In this document: one piece after another, positions 1-8,867 of the stretch
How the letters are laid out: every line of letters starts with the position of its first letter
Position numbering within the stretch: position 1 is the first letter of the stretch
Source: Opitutales bacterium
Lineage (GTDB): Bacteria > Verrucomicrobiota > Verrucomicrobiia > Opitutales > UBA2987
Reading direction: 5' to 3'
NCBI GenBank assembly: GCA_965226885.1
Contig: CBDDEL010000016.1
Span: forward strand, 96,001-160,000
DNA: 64,000 bases
Notes under the pieces: model-generated
Databases searched by the model: none
Told to the model about the DNA's origin: nothing
Seen by the model: the letters and a program-made list of their open reading frames with translations, nothing else
Translations under genes and position numbers: made by a program

Positions 1-743
1 TTGAGGAAGCCGCTTTGCATGTACGCATGGTCCACCAACTATTGAGCCATTTTTCTCAAGCAGATGCTCTGGAATCTCTCAAACCCGTTATTGATTGGCG
101 GGACGACCTCAACCTCAGCATAACGGCTGTGCAAATCGTGACCTGGGATCGACCGGGACTTTTTTACAAACTGGCCGGCGCATTCAGTCTGGCCGGATTG
201 AACATTATGAGCAGCAAGGCCTTTTCGCGCGACGATAATATTACGATCGACACCTTTTATGTTTGCGAACCAGGCGGAGGAGCGGTTCAGAGTAAAAAGG
301 CGAGAGAAATTTTTACCAACGGTCTCCATGACACGCTCCTGCACAACCGCAACCTCCTGCCGCAAATCCTCAAAAATGCCAAAAAGCTGAGCCCCCCCTC
401 CTACTTGCGCAAAAATACCGCACTACAGGTGGAAATCCATGCCTCGGTTGATGTTCATCACGACAAACAGTTGGGCAGGACTTTTGTTGAAGTGACGGCC
501 AGGGACCGCATAGGTCTTCTTTACCGAGTCGCCGGGACCATCAGCAGTCACGGATTCGATATAGTCTTCGCTCGGATACTAACGGAGCGGGGAGTTGCCG
601 TGGATACCTTTACCATCGACGGAGCGGATAGCGTTTCGGAATCCGACGCAAAACTATTGCGAGATCTTCAACAGAACCTGGAAACCTTTATTTCTTCAAA
701 AGATCATCCGCTTGTGGCGGATAGGAGGAAAGGCAAAAGATGA
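1..743 (+). CDS. glnD: [protein-PII] uridylyltransferase, C-terminal part (two ACT domains); 5' end lies outside the window
   Basis: Tandem ACT motifs IVTWDRPGLFYKLAGAFSLAGLNI...DTFYV and VEVTARDRIGLLYRVA...DTFTI; frame is open to the window edge. Confidence 0.9.
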   Translation, partial: EEAALHVRMVHQLLSHFSQADALESLKPVIDWRDDLNLSITAVQIVTWDRPGLFYKLAGAFSLAGLNIMSSKAFSRDDNITIDTFYVCEPGGGAVQSKKAREIFTNGLHDTLLHNRNLLPQILKNAKKLSPPSYLRKNTALQVEIHASVDVHHDKQLGRTFVEVTARDRIGLLYRVAGTISSHGFDIVFARILTERGVAVDTFTIDGADSVSESDAKLLRDLQQNLETFISSKDHPLVADRRKGKR

Positions 744-1262
744 AGGGGAACGTGAGAGACACGGACCTCATTAATACCCTTTATGAAATCAGCACGCTGG
801 CCACACGGAAATATGATACGACTGAGGCAACCAATGCCGTATTAGAAATCATCACTAGATACTTTAGCGCAGACGCGGCCTATGTGGCCTTGGTCAATCC
901 CGATACGGGCATGCTGGAAATCGAGACCATGGCCGGGCTCTGGAAAAACGAAGGAATTCCCGCTCCAAACCTGAAAAATGGGATAGCCCACTGGGAGGGG
1001 TTGCAGGGAAAACCCATGGCCATCCCGGATTTTACCAAAACTTCTCGATTTTTACCCTCCGCACTGGCCATCGAATCGGAAATGGCCGCCCCCCTGATGG
1101 AAATGGATTCAGTCGTTGGGGTAATTCATTTAAGCTGGTCGAAAACAGATCCAGGAGCGGTCGAAAACATCGAAAACCTGGCTAGACTTACGCTGGAAGC
1201 CGGGCGGGTTCTGGGCGGGCTCTGGCTGATTGAAAGATTGAAAAACAAAGCCCGTCAACTAG

Positions 1263-2829
1263 CCCGGATATTTCATGAAGGGTAAAGTTTGGCTCGTTAT
1301 TGCTATTGGAGATGGATTTCTTTGTATTTTGAGCAGATCGTCTTGATTTTTAGGTGTTTTTCAGGGTGTAGAGACACTGCCCCCTTTCCCCCATTGGTTC
1401 GGTAGTGCCGGGGGCAGCACCAATGCACCCTTTAGGTTGGCACCAATCGGCGGGCCGCATGGTTGAAAAGACTGGCCCAAGGATAACTCTCACTTAGGTG
1501 AAAGTGAATCGTTCGGGTGTTGCGCACGATGACCGCTCCGATCTTGATTAATTTGAGCCGCAGGGTGTGGCATTGGGCCCGCGCCCACTTCGTCCCTTTT
1601 AAGGCTAACCGGCGCATGGCTTCCATCAAGGTGTAGGCCAGCGCCGACAAGAGCAATCGCCACTGATTGGCCCACCATTGATGGGCGCTGGTGCGCTCGC
1701 TGAACAATTGCATCTGTTCCTTGATTCGGTTCTCCATTTCACCGCGGCCACAGTATACCTTGTCGTAAAGCTCCTGGGGATCGCCCGGCAGGTTCGTCAC
1801 CACGAAGCGCGGGTTGGACCCCTGTGCGGTGTGTTCGGCTTTATGGATGACCAACCGCAGCCATCGCCACGAATCGGCAGCATAGACGAAGTCCTGGAAT
1901 AACCGTTGTTTTTTACCCCTTAGTTCGAACCATTCTTTGGCCTGCTTTTGCAACTGCTGGGCATCTTGCTGCAAGCGTGCATTGCGAGCCATCCCCACGA
2001 TGTAACTAACTTCGTTGCGGTCGCACCAAGAGAGTATCCGGTCTCGACAAAATCCACTGTCGGCGCGCCAAATAATCCGCGTACGGGGCCAGCTTTGGCG
2101 CATCCGTTTAACCAGCAATTTGAGGATGGCCCCGGCATGCTTGCTGGCATCGATCTTGCTCGGCCGCAGGTAGGCCACCAGCAGCTGATCACCGCAAAAA
2201 ACATATAGCGGCAGAAAACAGTAATGATCATAATAACCGTGGAAAAAACGTCCCTCCTGGAGCCCGTGCACCGGATTGTCGGTGGCGTCAAAGTCCAGGA
2301 TGATCTCTTCGGGTTCCTCGGCAAAGGAGCCCATGAACTGTTCGACCAACAGCACGTTTACCGCAAAGGCCGCCCGCCGATCCTGCCCGTTTTCAAAACG
2401 ACACAAAGTCGGCGCGCTGGCCAACGTTTCAATGCGCCCCGTTACCGTTTGCAACAATGGATCGTGGCGCAGGGTATCAAAGTCGTTCAAATCCTCATAG
2501 CCCGCCACCAGCCCGTAAACGCGCTGCCGCAGCATCCCCAATACCTCATGGCGTACTTTGCCCTTCTGCCGTTTGTCCACTAACTGTCGGGCCGCTCGTT
2601 CGGTCAAGCCCAACTGCCGATCCACTTCCCGGATCAAAAGCAGTCCGGCATCCGAAGTAACCTCTCCGCCCTTGAAATCAACCCGCACACGGCGGCCTTT
2701 TACCCTTGTCAACTGTAGCTTTAATTGTTTACCTTTTGTCATCGCTGATATTGCTTTAATTATTGATCTATCCTGCTGTATATCAGCAGTTAAGCATATC
2801 AACGATACTTTTTTTACGAAATATCCGGG
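1263..2829 (-). mobile_element. IS1380-family insertion sequence, copy 1 (1567 bp)
   Basis: Terminal IR CCCGGATATTTC; 4-bp target duplication CTAG at 1259-1262 and 2830-2833. Confidence 0.95.
1432..2802 (-). CDS. IS1380-family DDE transposase
   Basis: Motifs DFKGGEVTSDAG, GYEDLND, LDFDATD, HGxQEG, RADSGF, RGEMENRIKE. Confidence 0.93.
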   Translation of the reverse strand: MICLTADIQQDRSIIKAISAMTKGKQLKLQLTRVKGRRVRVDFKGGEVTSDAGLLLIREVDRQLGLTERAARQLVDKRQKGKVRHEVLGMLRQRVYGLVAGYEDLNDFDTLRHDPLLQTVTGRIETLASAPTLCRFENGQDRRAAFAVNVLLVEQFMGSFAEEPEEIILDFDATDNPVHGLQEGRFFHGYYDHYCFLPLYVFCGDQLLVAYLRPSKIDASKHAGAILKLLVKRMRQSWPRTRIIWRADSGFCRDRILSWCDRNEVSYIVGMARNARLQQDAQQLQKQAKEWFELRGKKQRLFQDFVYAADSWRWLRLVIHKAEHTAQGSNPRFVVTNLPGDPQELYDKVYCGRGEMENRIKEQMQLFSERTSAHQWWANQWRLLLSALAYTLMEAMRRLALKGTKWARAQCHTLRLKLIKIGAVIVRNTRTIHFHLSESYPWASLFNHAARRLVPT

Positions 2830-4067
2830 CTAGGCTCGCTCCTGGCCACTGAGCGCAACCTGGTTTCCCGGCACGGCCTGCGCGAAGTCCTCGAGACGAT
2901 TCCGGGGGAAGTCCTCAAAATCATGAATTGCCAGGTATGTGCACTATTTCTCCTCAATGCGGACGGCAATAGTCTCACCCTTGAAGTGGCCGCGGGCACG
3001 CCGCGGCTGCATGAATTTGAAGAGAAATTGAACCTCGTGGACAGCGCTCTGGGGTCGGCCATACTCTATCGCAAGCAGGTCGAGGTGGCCGACTTGCGCA
3101 AAACCGAGGAACATCATTTTGTGCCCGTTGTGCAAGCAGAAGGTCTTATCTCCATGCTGGCCACGCCCATTGTCTATGAAGATGAGGTGATCGGAACGCT
3201 CAACGCATACACCGGCAATAGACACCGATTCGACAATGAAGAAAAAAGCCTCTTTGCGGCCTTCGCGGGGTTAAGTGCGGTAGCCATTCAAAATGCCCGG
3301 CTCTATGAAAAGGTGGTAGTCGCAGAGGAAGTATTGCGCCGCAGCGAACGCCTGGGGGCGCTCGGCCTTCTAACCTCGGAAATCGCCCACGAAATCCGCA
3401 ATCCGCTAACCGTCATAAAATTGCTTTTTGAATCCCTAGAACTTAATTTTCCATCCGGTGATCTACGGCAAAAAGATGCCGCCATTATCAGAGAAAAGCT
3501 CAACCAACTCGATGTTATTGTGCATCGGGTACTGGACTATGGCCAAATGGGGGATCCCGAGCACCAGCCGTTAAACTTGGACCCGCTCATCCGCGACACC
3601 CTGGCGCTGGTCCGCCTCAAATTATCGCAGAAAAACATTCGCCTCGAATACGAATCGAATCCGAAATCGGAACCCATAGTGGTGAACGGAAACAAGGGCC
3701 AATTGCAGCAAATTTTTCTCAATCTGCTCCTCAACGCCTTTGCCGCGGTGCCTGAAGGGGGAAACATTAAAATCTCATTGGCCCGCTATCGGGAAGTCGA
3801 TAACTGCGCCGTGCTGGAGTTTGCCGACAGCGGAACCGGCATTCCCGAGGAAATGCAAAAAAATATTTTCGATTCTTTTTTTTCCGGCCGCAAAGAAGGA
3901 ACCGGCCTCGGCCTGGCTATTGTCAAAGGCATGGTGCAGAGCCATCAGGGCCAAATCGAAATCGTCCATAGTTCACCTTCGGGAACCACTTTCAGACTCA
4001 AACTGCCCTTGGCGGAAACCTAGTCCGATTTTCGGCGGGTCACTTCGAATAAATACATAACCATCAC

Positions 4068-5798
4068 CTACTCATCGGCCAGGCTCAGGTGGTAGGCATC
4101 CGACAATTCCTCCACATGTCGGATTTGCTCAATGTTTTCCATGAAACTTTCCCCGAATTGAAAAAAACTGAAGTCGATCACCTTGCACTGCAATCCCGCC
4201 CTCCGCATCAACCGCACCGTCTCTCGGCGGCTCAGGACGGAGATTTGCATGAGGTAGGCGACGCCGCCGTCTTCCAGCAAACCGGGCAGCAAATTGATCA
4301 AGTGGTCAAAAATATTACGCCCCCAGAAATCGGCCGGGCGCAGGCAGGATTCCCCTTTGTGGGGATCGACCGGAGTCTGATAGAGGCTGGCCACCACAAT
4401 GTCGTATTTTTCCTCCGGCATGGCCGTATAGAGGTCGATGGTCTCGCCGCTGACCCGGTCGGAAACCCCATTGCGAAAGGCATTGGCCAAGGTGTTTTCG
4501 ACCGCTTTGGACTGGATGTCGATGGCATGAACCTGCAAGGCCTCGTTCAGGGCCAACTGCACGGTCAGGATTCCGGTGCCGCAACCGACGTCCAGGCAGC
4601 GTTTGCCTTTTCCGATGCCTGAGCGGAACAAGTGCTTCCAGATTAAAAAACTTCCCTGGGTCGGCTGGAAAACTTCGGGGTCGCAAACAATCTGCGGAAA
4701 TGAAAGGGGGAAAAGGGAGCGGCCCAACTCGTCTCTCCACATTTCGTTTTTCTCCTCATCGGCCAGGCGCTCAATTTCCTCCAGCGTTTGCTCGGGTGCG
4801 GATCTTACGGCAATGGGCTCCTGAGAACTAAGTTTTTCCCTGGCGGCGGCTATTTGCTTGGGGCTGACTCCTAAACCGCCTCCTATTATGCCGGCCCCCT
4901 CCCCTCTCCAACGCATGGCCATGTCTGCATAATCATCGGGACTGACGAAATCATCGAAGCTCCAGCCTGGATCGCGGAATAGGCCCAGGATGGGGAAAAC
5001 GCCTAGGGGTAAATCGGTAAAATCCCTCAACCAGGGAATCATGCCCTCAACATGAGAGGCTGGGATGCCGCTCAGCAGAAGCGCCCGCACGCCCATGCTC
5101 TCAAACCTCTGGGCGGCCCGCCCAAAGAGGTCTCCCTCCGGCCCACCCCAGTGCTGCCCATAGACACCGCATACACCGCGGCGACAGCGGCGGAAGGAAA
5201 GCCAGACCGGAATTTCCGTTTTTATCATACTCTCAACTGCGGGCAAGGTCAGCCCCTCCCGCATCAGGGACATCGAATCCATCAAGATAATGTCCGGCGG
5301 TTCCTGCTTAAAAATGCGGCCAAGCAGACGAAGCCGTTCCAGCCGTTCTTCCGTATCGATATCGCCATTGAGACTATAAGCCCCGGCGCAGCGATCTCTT
5401 CGCCCGCCGCCCGATTCCTCAATGGTCTGCCGGGCCAACCGAATACCCAGACGAGCGACATCCATCCAATGTGGCGCTTCTTCCCTGCCCGCAATTTGCA
5501 GGGCATGGTATTCGGGGTCATCCATAAGCAGCCCCCATGTGGCGGTCGAAATCACATCGCATCCCGCATCCAGATACCCGCGATGCGCTTCCAGAACTGA
5601 GCCAGGCGCTTTGTAAAGGGCCATACTCCCCCATAAACCGCTGTCGCCCACCTCATAGCCGTTAATGTCCAGGCGTCCAAGCTCGGTGGCCATGCCGCCG
5701 TCCATAAAAACACATTCCTGCCGGTCAAGTTTGTCCTGCAAATACCCGCCAGCGGCCGATTCCCGGGGAAATGCTTTTTCCACTCGCTGCTTACTCAC
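4068..5798 (-). CDS. Homocysteine S-methyltransferase-like domain fused to class I SAM-dependent methyltransferase; the true end may be 4020 beyond an in-frame TAG
   Basis: N-terminal DGGMATEL...HRGYLDAGCDVIST; C-terminal LDVGCGTGIL SAM motif; frame continues 15 sense codons past the TAG at 4068-4070. Confidence 0.8.
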   Translation of the reverse strand: MSKQRVEKAFPRESAAGGYLQDKLDRQECVFMDGGMATELGRLDINGYEVGDSGLWGSMALYKAPGSVLEAHRGYLDAGCDVISTATWGLLMDDPEYHALQIAGREEAPHWMDVARLGIRLARQTIEESGGGRRDRCAGAYSLNGDIDTEERLERLRLLGRIFKQEPPDIILMDSMSLMREGLTLPAVESMIKTEIPVWLSFRRCRRGVCGVYGQHWGGPEGDLFGRAAQRFESMGVRALLLSGIPASHVEGMIPWLRDFTDLPLGVFPILGLFRDPGWSFDDFVSPDDYADMAMRWRGEGAGIIGGGLGVSPKQIAAAREKLSSQEPIAVRSAPEQTLEEIERLADEEKNEMWRDELGRSLFPLSFPQIVCDPEVFQPTQGSFLIWKHLFRSGIGKGKRCLDVGCGTGILTVQLALNEALQVHAIDIQSKAVENTLANAFRNGVSDRVSGETIDLYTAMPEEKYDIVVASLYQTPVDPHKGESCLRPADFWGRNIFDHLINLLPGLLEDGGVAYLMQISVLSRRETVRLMRRAGLQCKVIDFSFFQFGESFMENIEQIRHVEELSDAYHLSLADE

Positions 5799-6225
5799 TG
5801 TCTGCCGATGGGATTATTTTTCGCCAGCCTCCCAAAACCAGCCCCGTCACAACATAGGCAACCAACCCGTCACCGGAAGTAAGGAGGGCAAGGTTGTAGC
5901 CTATCATGGAAAAACCGGAATAAGTCAGGTGGGGAAGCAAGAGAAAAACAAACCATATAAATACCGCCATTTGTAAACCTTTGAGGGCGGAGTCCACTTT
6001 GAGGGCCCGGAACAGCCAGGCCATCGCATAACAGGCCAGAATGGCCGATATAATAGCCAGAATAAAGGGATTCATTGATACCGGTTGAAAGTATTCTTCC
6101 GTTTTGCCCATCAACTCAAGCCACAAGTCATTAAAGAGCACGCTGTACCACACACACCCGATGACAAAATGCAGGACCACCAGAATCCATACGGCTAAAT
6201 GATTAATTTTATGTTTATCCATCAT
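5791..6225 (-). CDS. DUF1761-like small membrane protein
   Basis: INHLAVWILV...IGCVWYSVLFNDLWLELMG pattern, about 4 TM helices; overlaps the start of the downstream gene. Confidence 0.7.
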   Translation of the reverse strand: MMDKHKINHLAVWILVVLHFVIGCVWYSVLFNDLWLELMGKTEEYFQPVSMNPFILAIISAILACYAMAWLFRALKVDSALKGLQMAVFIWFVFLLLPHLTYSGFSMIGYNLALLTSGDGLVAYVVTGLVLGGWRKIIPSADSE

Positions 6226-6315
6226 GTTTCCTTTTGCTAAGATTGTTTATTTTTTGGGTAACGGAAATCAGCCGGTTTCGGGGTACGTTGTGGGCGGGTT
6301 GGTCGCCCTTTCTCC

Positions 6316-6936
6316 TTACCCGGCCTGCCTGAGTTTTTTCTTCGGCAGGTTAACGAAGGTGAGCCAGGATTCGTCCAGGTCGGAACCGAGCACAAAATTG
6401 ATGAAGGGCCGGTATTTGGGCCGGTGGGGTTTTCTGATCAGAAACATGTTGGCTTCATGGGGAAGGCGGTTTCTTTTGCGCGTGTTGCAACGCATACAGG
6501 AGGTGACAATGTTTTCCCAGGTGGTTTTCCCCCCTCGTTCACGGGGAATAACATGATCCAGATTAAGCTCCTTTTGCGAATACGTCTTCCGGCAATACTG
6601 GCAGGTATAATTATCCCGCTCAAAAAGGTTTAGCCGGGTAAACTTAACCTCTTTCATGGGCAGCCGGTCGTAATGGCTGAGAAGCAGAATTTTCGGCACC
6701 CGTATTTCCCAGCGCACCGTGCGAACACAGTTCCTTCCGTTCCTCGACTGATGGTGACTGATCGAGTAATCGATCCATTCAGTGAACCGCAGGACCTGAA
6801 AATCCTCCTCTTCGGAATGGATGACCTTGGCATGGTCCTGAAATAGTATAGAGAAGGCCCGTTTGGCTCCAATAATATTGACCGCCTGCCAGAGGCGGTT
6901 AAGTACGAGAACTCGCTTGGTAAGGCACCCTTCCAT
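6316..6936 (-). CDS. HNH endonuclease family protein
   Basis: VLVLN N-terminus; RDNYTCQYC...LDHVIPRERGGKTTWENIVTSCMRCNTRK; ATG at 6936 preferred over TTG at 6948. Confidence 0.9.
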   Translation of the reverse strand: MEGCLTKRVLVLNRLWQAVNIIGAKRAFSILFQDHAKVIHSEEEDFQVLRFTEWIDYSISHHQSRNGRNCVRTVRWEIRVPKILLLSHYDRLPMKEVKFTRLNLFERDNYTCQYCRKTYSQKELNLDHVIPRERGGKTTWENIVTSCMRCNTRKRNRLPHEANMFLIRKPHRPKYRPFINFVLGSDLDESWLTFVNLPKKKLRQAG

Positions 6937-7000
6937 TTCGGAGGCCAACGATTAAGGACTAAGACCACCCTCGTCAACAACAACAATTGTCTCCGCCGCC

Positions 7001-8863
7001 TTAAAATTCCTCTGCCTCAAGGCAAATTTCGAGCCAGAAGCGGAAAGTCGATTCTACCTCGCCGGGTGCGCCGGCTTTAAATTCGGGAAGCTGTATTTTT
7101 TCTCCCGGTTGCAAACGGATGGATTTGATGCGGCTGATTTGCACGTAATCGAAGATCGTGAGAAATTTTCGTTCCAGGGGTTCCAGGATAAATTCATCAC
7201 CTAGCGGAATTTGATCGAGGACTTTCTCTTCGCCGGTCAAGGGATTGTAGCCCATACTTTGAAAAACGAGCAATTCCTTCTTGGGTTGCAGTCGCATTTG
7301 CAAATCCAGTTGGGCTTTGCGCAGGTAGGCCCTTTTCATGGATATGCTCTCTTCGTTATGGACAATCCAGAGGATATGGTAGGTCGCGATCATGAGGTAG
7401 TCCCGGCCTTTGTTATCGGCTATGAAATCGCGCGCCCAGGCTACTTCCCGGGCCGAAGTGTAGCGGTCGCTGTAAACATGCCGAGAGAGCGACGGAACTA
7501 CCGTTATAAAGTGAACAAGAGCCAGCGCAATAAATCCGCCGTGAAGCCACCGGCTGGCGCCTTTGTTAAAGAAAACCAGAAGCGAACAATACAACAAAGG
7601 CAGGTAAAGCGGTATCAACAGCCTGTCGGCAGTGGGTTTGTAAATGCTGCTATGGGCATAAAAAAGGAGCAGCCCGAGATATATCGCCATTGGCGCCAAA
7701 TAGACCCCCAGCACGGTTTGCAAGGCATCGGTCTGTTTTAAATTGGTTAGCTTTCTTAAAAAACTAAGCCCAAAACCGATGAGGCAAATCAATCCCAGGG
7801 TTGCCAGTAGAAGGTTGTTAGGTTGATTTATGGTATGATCGAAAAAATGCTCCATTAATCGGCTGAAGTTTTCGGTCACAAATTCACTGCCGAAGGGCCG
7901 GGTAATGCCCGCTTCACTGTCAAGCTGCCAGAATTGCGGATTAGCGGCAAAAACTTTGCCAATCCATAGATACGGCATCAGCAATATCGGACTCAGGAAA
8001 AGGGCTGGACTGGTCAGGACCCGGTTTCCTCTCCACCAGGCAAGTATGATGATGAGACCTATGGCTATCAGGTAAATAGGCGATTCGTGACGTGTGTGGG
8101 CCAGGAGAACACCGCTCAAACAGAGAATGGAAAGCGCTTCCCTGTTCGGATTTTGCAGGAGACGAATGGAAAACAGCAAGCTTGCCACCAACAGGACCAG
8201 GTTGAGCAATTCAGCCCCGCCACCGATGCTTGCCGGGGCCAGAACCGGCGTCGAAACCGCCAGCAATATGGCCGTTAGCCCACAAGCATTTCCCCCTATT
8301 TTCCGCCCCAGCATATAAAGTAAAGCCAGCAGCAAGGGCGTTAAAATTAAATTTAGCCAGAATCCGTTTGCCGGACGATAGCCGGTCACATCATGCAATA
8401 CACTGACCAAAAAAGGATACAGCAACTGGCGTTTATCGATATGGGAATCAAAGGTCTTGTAAACACCCAAAATGCTGTGCCCACGTCCCGGCACGGCGGC
8501 CTCGCGCGCGAAATGCATCTGGTGGGAAAGGCTGGCCAGAACCACTTCGTCTTCGATGACCTTAAAGCCCCGCTCGTCATGCACCTGCAAAACCATTGTG
8601 CCCAGCATAACGGCTGCCGAAGCCACCCAATTTATTTTCAGTAACAAACCAAGAAGGGAATTTGCGCGGAGTTTTCCCATCAAAATCTGGATCAGGCGTC
8701 CGCAATACCAGAGAAAGGTTACGAGCAAGGTCCAGTAAGAAAAATTTTTAACCAGATAGGCCGCAGCCTGATCGGTTACGAACCAATGCCCGATAACAAA
8801 AGAGCCTGCGCCGATAAACGCAAACAGGGCCAGACGCACCTTTGCCGACTTTATTTCCACCAT
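7001..8863 (-). CDS. Polytopic membrane protein, probable GT-C fold (ArnT/PMT-like) glycosyltransferase
   Basis: More than 10 hydrophobic segments; acidic EDE pair in the first loop; TRHES motif; soluble C-terminal domain. Confidence 0.55.
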   Translation of the reverse strand: MVEIKSAKVRLALFAFIGAGSFVIGHWFVTDQAAAYLVKNFSYWTLLVTFLWYCGRLIQILMGKLRANSLLGLLLKINWVASAAVMLGTMVLQVHDERGFKVIEDEVVLASLSHQMHFAREAAVPGRGHSILGVYKTFDSHIDKRQLLYPFLVSVLHDVTGYRPANGFWLNLILTPLLLALLYMLGRKIGGNACGLTAILLAVSTPVLAPASIGGGAELLNLVLLVASLLFSIRLLQNPNREALSILCLSGVLLAHTRHESPIYLIAIGLIIILAWWRGNRVLTSPALFLSPILLMPYLWIGKVFAANPQFWQLDSEAGITRPFGSEFVTENFSRLMEHFFDHTINQPNNLLLATLGLICLIGFGLSFLRKLTNLKQTDALQTVLGVYLAPMAIYLGLLLFYAHSSIYKPTADRLLIPLYLPLLYCSLLVFFNKGASRWLHGGFIALALVHFITVVPSLSRHVYSDRYTSAREVAWARDFIADNKGRDYLMIATYHILWIVHNEESISMKRAYLRKAQLDLQMRLQPKKELLVFQSMGYNPLTGEEKVLDQIPLGDEFILEPLERKFLTIFDYVQISRIKSIRLQPGEKIQLPEFKAGAPGEVESTFRFWLEICLEAEEF

Positions 8864-8867
8864 CTGT

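Larger units (their letters stand above)
740..4023 (+). pseudogene. GAF-GAF sensor histidine kinase (about 570 aa when rejoined), split by IS1380
   Basis: Removing 1263-2833 rejoins ...KARQL-GSLLATERNL...KIMNCQV in frame; H-box EIAHEIRNPL, N-box QIFLNLLLNA, G boxes DSGTGI and GTGLGL; ATGA overlap with glnD. Confidence 0.9.

Noticed and set aside
6316..6936. HNH nuclease as a defence or homing element
   Set aside because: Common stand-alone family; no partner defence genes, intron or array nearby.
7001..7035. Possible 1-bp deletion near the C-terminus (alternative frame ends NLP*)
   Set aside because: Cannot be supported without a homolog alignment; it would affect only a few residues.
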